This document shows, in pieces, positions 28,060 to 37,467 of a stretch of DNA of 64,000 nucleotides (positions are counted from its first letter, which is position 1; each line of letters starts with the position of its first letter). This stretch comes from an uncultured Gammaproteobacteria bacterium (GTDB taxonomy: Bacteria; Pseudomonadota; Gammaproteobacteria; DRLM01). Below the pieces are notes generated by a model, which saw only the letters and a program-made list of their open reading frames with translations, ran no database searches and was not told the DNA's origin. The stretch covers positions 96,001 through 160,000 of the forward strand of contig CAVSNY010000006.1 of assembly GCA_963729605.1 (NCBI GenBank), in the 5' to 3' direction. Both the position numbers and the translations under genes were made by a program.

Positions 28060-28203
28060 TCTCCTGGTTTGCGGGTTGAATGAGTGAAGCGTTTAACGGT
28101 CTGCCGGGAGAGGCAGGTTCTTGTGACGCATGATAACGGCTGGGTATTAGCCGGATAAATCGGCATAATAGAAAAATATTGTTTCTATAAAGAGACTAAT
28201 CGA

Positions 28204-29118
28204 ATGGCTGATTTCGACGATATGTTGTTGTTTGGGAAGCTGGTGGACCTGAAAAGTTTTACCGCGGTCGCCGAGGCCACGCGATTGTCACGCTCCTTGG
28301 TCAGCAAGCGCATCACCCAACTCGAACACCGGCTGGGCGTGCCCCTGGTCAACCGCACCACGCGACGAGTGGATCTGACCGACGCCGGCAAGACCCTCTA
28401 CCGTTATTGCAAGCAGATCGAACAGACCTGGCACGAGGCCGAGGCCGAACTCGCGGAGATCCGCCGCGCGCCGCGCGGGCTGTTGCGCATCAATGCGCCG
28501 GTGACCTTCGGCCAACTGGCGCTCCCCGAGGCGATCGTGGCCTTCCTCAGCGAATATCCGGACGTCAGGGTGGAACTCAGCCTGGCCGACCAATACGTCG
28601 ATCTCATTGAAGGCGGTTACGACCTGGCCGTGCGCATCGGCGACTTGCCCGACTCCACCCTCAAGGCGCGCAAGGTCGGCGCGACCCGCCTGCAGGTATT
28701 CGCCCATCGCGATTATTTGGAGAAACACGGCACGCCGCTCACGCCGCAGGACCTGCGCCGCCACAATTGCCTGGTCTACCATCACATGCGCGGCGGTCCC
28801 AACGAATGGCGCTTCGAGGGGCCGTCCGGCAGCGAGACCGTCACCGTGTCGGGCAACTTCAGCGCGGCCAACGGCGTACCGCTGTACCGGGCGGTCAAGG
28901 CCGGCCTCGGCATCGCCCTGCAGCCGCTGTTCGTGCTGGACGAAGCCCGCGACCCCGACATCGTCCACCTGCTGGAAGAATACTGCCGGCGTGAAATCGG
29001 TATTTATGCCGTCTATCCGCCCGGCCGCAAACCGCCGGTGAATACCCGCGCCTTCATCGACGTGCTGGCGCGGGTGTTGTCGCATAAAAAAGGGACGGAC
29101 GATGATCAAACCGAATAA
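28204..29118 (+). CDS. LysR-family regulator (CrgA/DmlR-like)
   Basis: SFTAVA...SLVSKRITQLE...LVNRTTR; DLIEGGYDLAVRIG. Confidence 0.92.
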   Translation: MADFDDMLLFGKLVDLKSFTAVAEATRLSRSLVSKRITQLEHRLGVPLVNRTTRRVDLTDAGKTLYRYCKQIEQTWHEAEAELAEIRRAPRGLLRINAPVTFGQLALPEAIVAFLSEYPDVRVELSLADQYVDLIEGGYDLAVRIGDLPDSTLKARKVGATRLQVFAHRDYLEKHGTPLTPQDLRRHNCLVYHHMRGGPNEWRFEGPSGSETVTVSGNFSAANGVPLYRAVKAGLGIALQPLFVLDEARDPDIVHLLEEYCRREIGIYAVYPPGRKPPVNTRAFIDVLARVLSHKKGTDDDQTE

Positions 29119-29299
29119 TTACCGACACCGTAAGGGTCATGACTGAGATGTTCTCTTTTTTACTGACGGCGCATGGTTTCGAGGTATGGCTGCATCGGAT
29201 AAAAAATCCGCAATGCGGATACCATACCGTCGGGCCGGCGCGATATACCGCCGCCGGAAACGCCATCGCGGTTCAGCGGTCACAACGGCGAATCACCCT

Positions 29300-30259
29300 A
29301 TGAGTTTACAAACGGCCATGACCTCGGACACATCCTCGCCCGCCGCCACGCCGCCGCTTAACCAAGGCTGTGAATACCGCGAACGGCTCGGCCCCGCGGC
29401 GGACGGCCAACTCTTGCTCGATTACCTCTGTTGCCACTATCGCCATTCCTCGCCGGCGGAGTGGGCGGCGCGGATTGCCGCGGGCTTCGTGTCGATCGAC
29501 GCGGTAACCGCGCAGGCCGACCAGGTATTGCGCAGCGGCGGCGAGCTGGTCTGGCGCCGTCCGCCGTGGAGCGAACCCACCGCGCCGACCTCCTTCACCG
29601 TGCTCTACGAAGACCGCGATTTGCTCGCGGTCGGCAAGCCGGCCGGTTTGCCGACGCTGCCCGGCGCCAATTTTCTGCAAACAACGCTGCTTTATCAGGT
29701 ACAGCGTTATGCGCCCGATGCCGCCCCGCTCCACCGCCTGGGCCGTTGGACATCGGGGCTGGTATTGTGCGCCCGTAACCACGCCGCCCGGACCGAATTG
29801 ATGCGGCAATGGTCGGCGAAAGAAATCGGCAAGCGTTACCGCGCCCTCGCCGGCGGGCGGCCGGCGTGGAGAGAACGGATCATCACCACGCCCATCGGGC
29901 CCGTGCCGCACCCCGTGCTCGGCACGCTGCACGCCGCCACCCCCGCCGGCAAAGCGGCCGTATCGCGGGTGCGGGTGCTTGAATATCGCGCGGAGGGCTT
30001 TCTGGGCGATGTCTGGATCGAGACCGGCCGGCCGCATCAGATTCGCATCCATCTCGCGGCGGCAGGCCACCCGCTGGCGGGCGATCCGCTGTATAACGCG
30101 GGCGGTTTACCCGCGCCGGACAGCCGGGCCCTGCCGGGCGATCCGGGTTATCAACTCCATTCCGCCGAGCTGAGCTTCCGCCATCCCGGCACGGGACGCC
30201 GGCTCGTCGTCGAATGCGAACCGCCGCCGTCATTGCGACTTGCCGCCGAGGCGCCGTAA
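29300..30259 (+). CDS. RluA-family pseudouridine synthase (start uncertain)
   Basis: KPAGLP, HRLGRWTSG (canonical HRLD), TGRPHQIRIH and GDPLY motifs. Confidence 0.82.
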   Translation: MSLQTAMTSDTSSPAATPPLNQGCEYRERLGPAADGQLLLDYLCCHYRHSSPAEWAARIAAGFVSIDAVTAQADQVLRSGGELVWRRPPWSEPTAPTSFTVLYEDRDLLAVGKPAGLPTLPGANFLQTTLLYQVQRYAPDAAPLHRLGRWTSGLVLCARNHAARTELMRQWSAKEIGKRYRALAGGRPAWRERIITTPIGPVPHPVLGTLHAATPAGKAAVSRVRVLEYRAEGFLGDVWIETGRPHQIRIHLAAAGHPLAGDPLYNAGGLPAPDSRALPGDPGYQLHSAELSFRHPGTGRRLVVECEPPPSLRLAAEAP

Positions 30260-30501
30260 ATTACCTTGGCCATGAGCGAAACGGACCGAGCGCGCCACCT
30301 GTCCGATTGACGGCGCGGCTTGGCCTCCCCTGGTCATTCGGCGCCGCGGGTTACCATGTCCGAGGTCGTCGAGATAGATCACGCGGCCGCGCCTGGTGAC
30401 AGGCGATCAAAATCCTGCTTTAGTGGCGGCCGGCGGTACGCGGCTCGAACCGACACGATAATGTAGCGTCCGTCATTTTTAAAACTAAGGAGGGCGACAA
30501 C

Positions 30502-31533
30502 ATGATGCGGATTCACAAAACCCGGCGGATGGCGGCGGGAATGATTACGACGGCATTTTGCTTCAGCGCGGTTCACCTCGTTCATGCCGAGGAGGTGCCG
30601 CCGGCCTCATCCGACAAACCGGTCGTGGAACAGATCGTCGATCTTCAAACCAAACTGGCCAAGGGACCTCATGCCGGCTTTCGCTCCAACCACGCCAAGG
30701 GCATCATGGCCAGCGGCACGTTTACTCCGGCGGCCACCGCCGCCGGCCTGAGCAAAGCGCCGCATTTACAAACGGCCAGCAGTCCGGTCATCGTCCGCTT
30801 CTCGAACGCCACCGGCGTACCGACCATCCCGGACGCCAGCCCCAACGCCAATCCACGCGGCATGGCCATTCGCTTTCAACTCGCCGATGGCGGCCATACC
30901 GACATCGTCGCCATCTCGGTCAACGGCTTTCCCGTCGCGACGCCCGAGGAATTTTTAGGTTTGCTCAGCGCGGTCGCCGCCAGCGGTTCCGGCGCGACGC
31001 AACCCGCCCCGATCGAAACGTTCTTGGAGACTCATCCCGCCGCGCTGAGATTCGTCACGACACCCAAACCCGCCCCCGTCAGTTTCGCGACGCAGACCTT
31101 TTTTGGCGTGAACGCCTTCGCCTTCAGCAACGCCAAGGGCGAAACCCGTTTCGGCCGTTATCGCATCGTGCCGGTGGCCGGCGCGCAGGCCCTTACCGAA
31201 GAACAAGCGGCGAACGCGGCGCCCAATTATTTAATGGATGAATTGCCGGCGCGGCTAAAACAAGGAGAGGTAAAATTTCGCCTCTTGGTCCAGTTGGCCG
31301 AAGAAGGCGACGTGATCGATGACCCCACCGTGATATGGCCGGACAGCAGGCCACAGGTGGAGTTGGGCGTGTTGACGCTGGAAGCGGCGCTGCCCGACAG
31401 CCAGCAAGTGGAGAAAACCATCATGTTTAGCCCCTTGAATCTACCGGACGGAATAGCGGGTTCGGCCGATCCGATCCTGGCCGCGCGGCCCGCGGCTTAC
31501 GCCATCAGTTTCGGACGTCGTTTCGCCGAATGA
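30502..31533 (+). CDS. Secreted catalase-related peroxidase (SrpA-like)
   Basis: Signal peptide; GFRSNHAKG, VRFS, DDPTVIWP and DPILAARPAAYAISF motifs. Confidence 0.88.
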   Translation: MMRIHKTRRMAAGMITTAFCFSAVHLVHAEEVPPASSDKPVVEQIVDLQTKLAKGPHAGFRSNHAKGIMASGTFTPAATAAGLSKAPHLQTASSPVIVRFSNATGVPTIPDASPNANPRGMAIRFQLADGGHTDIVAISVNGFPVATPEEFLGLLSAVAASGSGATQPAPIETFLETHPAALRFVTTPKPAPVSFATQTFFGVNAFAFSNAKGETRFGRYRIVPVAGAQALTEEQAANAAPNYLMDELPARLKQGEVKFRLLVQLAEEGDVIDDPTVIWPDSRPQVELGVLTLEAALPDSQQVEKTIMFSPLNLPDGIAGSADPILAARPAAYAISFGRRFAE

Positions 31534-31978
31534 ATATATCCACGGCGTCGCGTTGTTATGCAACGCATGGACACTGACGCGCGAGAAAATCATAAAACTG
31601 AAGCGCCGCGGGCTGGGTAGCCAAACCCAGCCCTATCGCCACCCTCCCATTGCCGTGATTGGTGCGGTTATCATTTTATCTACCTCGCCGGTTCGTTCAT
31701 GCATAGGTGGCTTAGCTGGAATTCGACCTACGGGACTGCGGCAACGAACCGAGTTGTGCAATCACGTCGAACTCGTGGCGGTCACTGAACTGAACGCCGA
31801 TGGCCGCTGCGCAACTTGTCGTCGATATGATGGGACGCGGTAATCGAACAGGCCAAGACGACTGGTTGGCTGGGCGCGCCAACCCGGTTCGAACCTTGGG
31901 CGCATCAAGCGGCATTACATGTTGAAACGAGAGACCGGAAATCGTGATCTCATCGCGGAAGAGGAATCGCAGCTCAAT

Positions 31979-32007
31979 AAAAAAGGGTTGCATCGCTGCA
32001 ACCCTTT
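31979..32007 (-). terminator. Terminator of the tRNA-Ala/tRNA-Glu transcript
   Basis: aaagggttgca-tcgc-tgcaacccttt with a U-tract on the - strand. Confidence 0.85.
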
Positions 32008-32015
32008 GAAGGAAA

Positions 32016-32091
32016 TGGCGTCCCCATGGGGATTCGAACCCCAGTTACTGCCGTGAAAGGGCGGTGTCCTAGGCCTCTAGACGATGGGGAC
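32016..32091 (-). tRNA. tRNA-Glu(TTC)
   Basis: GTCCCCATCGTCTAGAGGCCTAGGACACCGCCCTTTCACGGC...GGTTCGAATCC...GGGGACGCCA. Confidence 0.97.
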
Positions 32092-32139
32092 GTAAACGTC
32101 TTATCAATCAACCGGCGGCGCCGGCCGTGATACTGATTT

Positions 32140-32215
<76 letters not shown>

Positions 32216-32253
32216 GAGCGAAGGGCGCATTTTCCGCGAACCACCCAGCCCTG

Positions 32254-33681
32254 TCAAGACTCCAGCGGCAGGTTTCCGCCGCTATTTTCACGCGTAAAGG
32301 CAATGGCTTGATCGATGCGGCGCAACACCCGTTCGCGGCCGATCAGACGCAGCGTGATATCGATGGGCGGCGACACGCTGCCACCCGTGACCGCCACCCG
32401 CAGCGGCTGGGCCAGCTTGCCCAATTTCAACGAAAAGGCCTCGGCGGTATCCACCACGGCTTGATGCAATTCGGCATCGCTCCATGCCGGCAAGGCCGCA
32501 AACCGCTGCCGCAGCGCCGTCAAGGGTTCGGCCAGCGCCGCGCCGAGGTGCTTGGCCGCCGCCGCGTCATACGCGGCGAAATCGCGATAAAAACACAGGC
32601 TCTGCTCCGCCATCTCCTTGAGGGTTTTGGTGCGCTCGCGCAGCGCCTCCACTATCGCGGTCAAAGGCGGACCTTGCGTGAGATCGAGTTCCAACTGGCC
32701 CATATGCCAGCTCAGGTGCTGCGCCACATGGGCGGGATCGCCGGTCTTCATATAGTGCTGATTCAGCCATAGCAGCTTGCCCGGATTGATGCTTGAAGCC
32801 GAATTGTTGATATCGGGGATATCGAACAACATCGCCATTTCGTCTTTCGAGAAAATTTCCTGATCGCCGTGCGACCAGCCCAGCCGCACCAAATAATTCA
32901 ACACCGCCTCCGGCAAGAACCCCTCCTCGCGAAACTGCATCACGCTGACCGCGCCGTGACGCTTCGACAAACGCTTGCCGTCCTCGCCGAGTATCATCGG
33001 CAGATGGGCGTACACCGGCGGCGTGCCGCCCAAGGCCTGGAGGATGTTGATCTGGCGCGGCGTGTTGTTGAGATGATCGTCGCCGCGGATCACATGGGTG
33101 ACGCGCATATCCAAGTCATCCACCACCACGGTGAAGTTATAAGTCGGCGTGCCGTCGGAACGGGCGATGATGAGGTCGTCGAGCTCGGTGTTTTGAAACA
33201 CCACCCGGCCGCGCACTTGATCTTCGACCACCACCACGCCGTCGGCCGGATTTTTGAAACGCACTACATACTCATCCGCTCCGGCCGGCGGCGCGCCGAG
33301 ATCACGGCAACGGCCGTCGTAACGCGGCTTTTCCTTGTTGGCCATCTGCGCCTCGCGCAACTCCTCGAGCCGCTCCTTGGAACAATAACAGCGATAGGCC
33401 TTGCCCGCGGCCAACAATTCCTGTTTGACCTGCTCGTAGCGGTCGAATCGTTCGGTCTGGCGGAACGGCCCCTCGTCATAATCCAGGCCCAGCCAGGCCA
33501 TGCCTTCCAAAATCGCGTTGATCGATTCCACCGTGGACCGTTCCAGATCGGTGTCCTCGATCCGCAAAATAAAGGTGCCGCCGTGCTTGCGGGCGTACAA
33601 CCAGGAAAACAGCGCGGTGCGGGCGCCGCCGATGTGCAGATAACCCGTGGGACTGGGGGCGAAACGAGTGCGGACCGTCAT
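32254..33681 (-). CDS. gltX: Glutamate--tRNA ligase
   Basis: [21 protein letters not shown] and RLSKRHG motifs. Confidence 0.97.
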   Translation of the reverse strand: MTVRTRFAPSPTGYLHIGGARTALFSWLYARKHGGTFILRIEDTDLERSTVESINAILEGMAWLGLDYDEGPFRQTERFDRYEQVKQELLAAGKAYRCYCSKERLEELREAQMANKEKPRYDGRCRDLGAPPAGADEYVVRFKNPADGVVVVEDQVRGRVVFQNTELDDLIIARSDGTPTYNFTVVVDDLDMRVTHVIRGDDHLNNTPRQINILQALGGTPPVYAHLPMILGEDGKRLSKRHGAVSVMQFREEGFLPEAVLNYLVRLGWSHGDQEIFSKDEMAMLFDIPDINNSASSINPGKLLWLNQHYMKTGDPAHVAQHLSWHMGQLELDLTQGPPLTAIVEALRERTKTLKEMAEQSLCFYRDFAAYDAAAAKHLGAALAEPLTALRQRFAALPAWSDAELHQAVVDTAEAFSLKLGKLAQPLRVAVTGGSVSPPIDITLRLIGRERVLRRIDQAIAFTRENSGGNLPLES

Positions 33682-33758
33682 GATTGAACGTCTATGCTCC
33701 GTCGAATGCAGCGAGGGCGGCTATTCTAACAGGGCCCCGCCCGGGCCGACAGGACCAT

Positions 33759-33787
33759 TTGACGACCGCGGCGACAACCCGTAGAAT
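33759..33787 (+). promoter_or_regulatory. Sigma70 promoter of tRNA-Val
   Basis: TTGACG-N17-TAGAAT just upstream of the tRNA. Confidence 0.8.
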
Positions 33788-33797
33788 TTGCGCCCTC

Positions 33798-33872
33798 GGG
33801 CGGTTAGCTCAGCGGTAGAGCACTGCTTTCACACGGCAGGGGTCGCAGGTTCAATCCCTGCACCGCCCACCA
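33798..33872 (+). tRNA. tRNA-Val(CAC)
   Basis: GGGCGGTTAGCTCAGCGGTAGAGCACTGCTTTCACACGGCAG...GGTTCAATCC...CGCCCACCA. Confidence 0.95.
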
Positions 33873-33879
33873 TCTAAAG

Positions 33880-34171
33880 GCCCGTTCGACGCCGCGGTCA
33901 TCAACGCGATCAACGCCGAGCAGTCGCGCCTCGGCAAGCAGATGACATCCTGCCGCGTACCGTGATGGCCGTTATGAAAGATCCACTCCTCGGTGACCTC
34001 AAAAACGTTGTGCGCCGGGTCGTCATAATCAATCAGTATCAGGTCGCGCTCGCGCTTCTCCTCGAACCCGCGCCGCTGCTCAGCTTCCTCGCGGGACACA
34101 AGCATCCAACCGATCGCCTCGGCGTATTCGAGGATACGGGCCTGGACGGTTTTGTGTTCGCCTGGCTTCAT
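33880..34171 (-). pseudogene. Remnant of the N-terminus of a type I restriction subunit (HsdR), internally deleted
   Basis: PGEHKTVQARILEYAEAIGW...EAEQRRGF joined to ERDLILIDYDDP..NVFEVTEEW; about 100 aa against about 1000 aa expected. Confidence 0.65.
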
Positions 34172-35475
34172 GAATAGGGTTTCAGATTCAACGTGCGTTG
34201 AATTTTTTCGCGCACGGCATCAGGCACGCCCGCCTTTTCCGCGAACGATCCCCATTGCGATACCGTCGCCTGCACCTCGGCAACGATCTTCGCCGCGCGC
34301 CCCCGTTTCATCGAAGCCGTCTTTGCGCAGGCATTGAAATCCTCCATCGTGAAATGGTCGCGTTTTCCATTCATCGTCATCTGATGGCTTGCCGTCCACG
34401 CACCCGCGGGATTAAAACTGTAGGTCATATCAAAGGCCGGCGATAGCGACCACTCACCGGATTTATTCATCAGGAAGGCAATATTCTTCACGTGGTCATC
34501 CTGATTGCGGGCCACGATGTTAAATACCATGCGCCGAAAGAGTTGCTCGATGGCCTGCATGGGCAACCGCAGTTGCCGCATCACCAGCAACGCCTGCTCG
34601 TAGCTATATGCGCCTGCCATATTGAAATCGTAGTGCGCCAGGGCGCAGAGTGACTGCATGTGAAGTTTTTCGCCGCCAGCAAGACGATCAAAGCGGCGCG
34701 TCATGAAATGCGACCGGCCATTTTCTTTAAACAGCCGGCATTCACTAATTTCAATGCCGCATTCAAGCGCCATCAGGTAATAGGCATATTCGATCAGCCC
34801 GTAGCCTTTCGGGTCTTCCAGTTCTTTATCCTTGTTGCCGCTGACACCGTCAAATTTCAGCAGCCAGTATTCAAATCCCTCACCGGCTTTGACCTGGCCG
34901 GACCGCACTTCATTGGTTTTCGGATTCCATGCGATGACCGCCTTCGCCCTCGCGCCACCGGCGGATGTACCCACGCGCAGAATATCCTTTAGCGCATCTT
35001 CTCTGCCTTCAGCCGCAAACGTCGCCTGCAGGTTATGCCGGTGGGTCAATACCTCCGAGGCAAGCTCAACTAACCTGCCGATCTCGATGTGTGTCGTCTG
35101 CTCCGCCCTGGGACCGATGGCGGGGGCGAATTCCAACGCACCCATGCCGCGTTCGCCGGTATAACAAAGCCGCTCGACCGCGTTGAAGGAACCCGGTTGC
35201 CGCCCCTGCGATGCCAACCAGGCATCAATCAGCGCGTTGCCGAATTTGTCGGGCAGCGAGTCGGCCAGCAGGCCGGGTAGCCCGAGAAACGTCTGTCGAG
35301 AAAGTTCGGGGAAGCGGTACACGCGCCGGGAAAGCGGCATCACAATCGGCGCGACCTGAATGCCGCTCTGCGCGAATGCCGCATCGTATTCAAAGCTCGC
35401 GACGTCCTCCCCCTCCTGCAGCGAGACAGCGCCGATGGTTTTACCCCACAGCCTGACTTCGGCAAGCGTGCTCAC
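34168..35475 (-). CDS. hipA: HipA-family toxin kinase
   Basis: DSLPDKFG, GTSAGGARAK, LLKFD, RRFDR, NQDDHVKN and LSPAFD motifs. Confidence 0.93.
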   Translation of the reverse strand: MSTLAEVRLWGKTIGAVSLQEGEDVASFEYDAAFAQSGIQVAPIVMPLSRRVYRFPELSRQTFLGLPGLLADSLPDKFGNALIDAWLASQGRQPGSFNAVERLCYTGERGMGALEFAPAIGPRAEQTTHIEIGRLVELASEVLTHRHNLQATFAAEGREDALKDILRVGTSAGGARAKAVIAWNPKTNEVRSGQVKAGEGFEYWLLKFDGVSGNKDKELEDPKGYGLIEYAYYLMALECGIEISECRLFKENGRSHFMTRRFDRLAGGEKLHMQSLCALAHYDFNMAGAYSYEQALLVMRQLRLPMQAIEQLFRRMVFNIVARNQDDHVKNIAFLMNKSGEWSLSPAFDMTYSFNPAGAWTASHQMTMNGKRDHFTMEDFNACAKTASMKRGRAAKIVAEVQATVSQWGSFAEKAGVPDAVREKIQRTLNLKPYS

Positions 35476-35477
35476 GG

Positions 35478-35822
35478 CTACTCATCCCAGCGCCAGGGTT
35501 TGCCGGTCGCCTTCGCGGCACGTCGACCCGACGCCCGTTGTCGGGCCTTGCCCTTGCGCTTCAACAAATCCATCGGCCTGGGCCCGGACTCCGGAATCAG
35601 GCTATCCAGCCCTGATGCGGCGTCCAGCACCCGCAGCACACGAACCAGAGTGACCAACTGTGACGTTTGCCCCGCCTCCATCCGCTCGAGGGTGCGCTTG
35701 GCGATACCCGCCTGTTCGGCCACAGCCGCTTGGGTCAGCTGCAATTCAACCCGGCGACCGGCAATCCGTGCGCCCAATTCGGCCAGCACGGCGTCATCTG
35801 TGAGTAAACCAGTAATTTTCAT
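35478..35822 (-). CDS. XRE-HTH antitoxin (HipB-like)
   Basis: LTQAAVAEQAGIAKRTLERMEAG HTH, directly upstream of hipA. Confidence 0.85.
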   Translation of the reverse strand: MKITGLLTDDAVLAELGARIAGRRVELQLTQAAVAEQAGIAKRTLERMEAGQTSQLVTLVRVLRVLDAASGLDSLIPESGPRPMDLLKRKGKARQRASGRRAAKATGKPWRWDE

Positions 35823-35824
35823 AG

Positions 35825-35967
35825 TCGTTATATATTGCGAATATGTCGGCTGGATTGCCATATATCGTCAGTTATTACGATATATAGCCTAATAATTTTC
35901 TTTGGTCAAGTCGTAATAAATAGCGAGATAGTGATTTAAATGCCACTTAATCGCAATATTTTGCGAT
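35825..35967. promoter_or_regulatory. Four operator-like palindromes upstream of the hipB-like gene
   Basis: TCG-N10(AT-rich)-CGA at 35825, 35865, 35911 and 35951. Confidence 0.7.
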
Positions 35968-35997
35968 ATATACCGCTTATGAATGAGCTCGCGCCCC

Positions 35998-36172
35998 ATA
36001 TCGTCGTCGAAAACTAATATGGGCAGAGCCCGCCGCATCGCCCACGGCGCGGGCAAGCGTGGTCTTGCCGCATTGACGCGGGCCGTGAATCAGCACATTC
36101 GGCGTATCTTCCAGCGCCTCGCCTCGGTCGGGCGCGGAAGTACGAGACGGGGTGAAAGGCGGGGTCGGCCAT
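35998..36172 (-). pseudogene. N-terminal remnant of an AAA+ ATPase (AAA_14/DUF4143 type)
   Basis: Manual translation EALEDTPNVLIHGPRQCGKTTLARAVG contains a Walker A motif; frameshifted on both sides. Confidence 0.65.
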
Positions 36173-36322
36173 AGCGGCCAAGTAAATTATGGCGCGGCCA
36201 ATTGAATGTTTTGCGTCGGCCAAATGAAAGGGAGAATCCACTGGTTGATTCATCAGCGCAGGGTAAATGGCCGGCGGGAAAGGGTGCGAACAGGCATATC
36301 GATCTCGACATCATCACGCGGC

Positions 36323-37462
36323 TCAATGACTCGGCAAAGACAACCCCGCCGCTTCCGCGGCGATGGCCCGCCCTTCATCGACGCGGATTATGCGCGCCTC
36401 CACCGCGCTGAGCGGCGCGGATATCACACCGTCATCGCCGCCTTGAGCGGGGTCGGCCGCGCGCAATCCCAGGAACGCCAGTTGCGCCATGATCCGCGCG
36501 CGGATCGCGCCGGCGTGTTCGCCTATGCCGCCGCTGAAGATGAGTTGATCGAGGCCGCCCAAGGCGACGGTCAGCGCGCCCACCGTCTTGGCGGCGCGGT
36601 AACAAAACAATTCCACGGCCAGCGCCGCGCGCGGATCGTCCTGCCGCTGCAATACGCTGCGCATATTCGGCGAGCATTCCGAGACGCCCAACAGGCCGCT
36701 GGCTTGATTGAGCGCGCGCTCCACTTCATCCACCGACAAACCCAACGCGCGCTGCGCGTACAGCAACGCGCCCGGATCGAGATCGCCGCTGCGGCTAGCC
36801 ATCATCAATCCTTCCAGCGGCGTGAGGCCCATGGTGGTGTCGATGCTCACGCCGTCGCGCAGCGCGGTGGCCGAACAACCGGCGCCGAGGTGCAGCAGCA
36901 CCGCGCGCGGCCGCAACGCCGTACCCAATTGCGCCACCACGTCCGCGCAGGCGATGCCGTGAAAACCGTAACGCCGTATGCCGGCGTCGCGCCAGGCGGC
37001 GGGTATCGCGTAGGTGTAGGCGCGAGCAGGCAGGGTCGAGTGAAAGGCGGTGTCGAACACCGCCGCGTGCGGCGGTTCGGGAAAACGCGCGCGGCTGGCG
37101 CGCACCACCGCCAGCGCGGGCGGCAGATGCAACGGACTCAAAGGTACCAGCGCTTCAAGTTCATCCAACACCGCGGCGGTGATCCAGGTCGTAGCGCGAT
37201 AGCGCGGTCCGCCGTGCACGATGCGGTGGCCGATGCGCGTCAGCCGTCGCGGTTCGGGCAGGCGCGCCGCCAGCGCGGTGAACGCGGCGTCATGATCGGC
37301 GAATACCTGTTCCGACACCTCGACGCCATTTTCGACCAGCACGCCCCGCGCGCGGCCGATGCCGCGCACTTCCAGTTTAATCAGCGCGGCGGCAACTCCA
37401 AGCTCGCGCACGTCAAGCTTGAGCGAAGAGGAACCGACATTGACCGCCAGCACCCGCAGCAT
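36323..37462 (-). CDS. ackA: Acetate kinase
   Basis: NVGSSSLK, GHRIVHGG, FDTAFH, RRYGFHG, TMGLTPLEG and FSGGIGE motifs. Confidence 0.93.
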   Translation of the reverse strand: MLRVLAVNVGSSSLKLDVRELGVAAALIKLEVRGIGRARGVLVENGVEVSEQVFADHDAAFTALAARLPEPRRLTRIGHRIVHGGPRYRATTWITAAVLDELEALVPLSPLHLPPALAVVRASRARFPEPPHAAVFDTAFHSTLPARAYTYAIPAAWRDAGIRRYGFHGIACADVVAQLGTALRPRAVLLHLGAGCSATALRDGVSIDTTMGLTPLEGLMMASRSGDLDPGALLYAQRALGLSVDEVERALNQASGLLGVSECSPNMRSVLQRQDDPRAALAVELFCYRAAKTVGALTVALGGLDQLIFSGGIGEHAGAIRARIMAQLAFLGLRAADPAQGGDDGVISAPLSAVEARIIRVDEGRAIAAEAAGLSLPSH

Positions 37463-37467
37463 GCCGC

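Noticed and set aside
31553-31993. Short ORFs between the catalase-like gene and tRNA-Glu
   Set aside because: No motifs or RBS; one runs through the tRNA terminator
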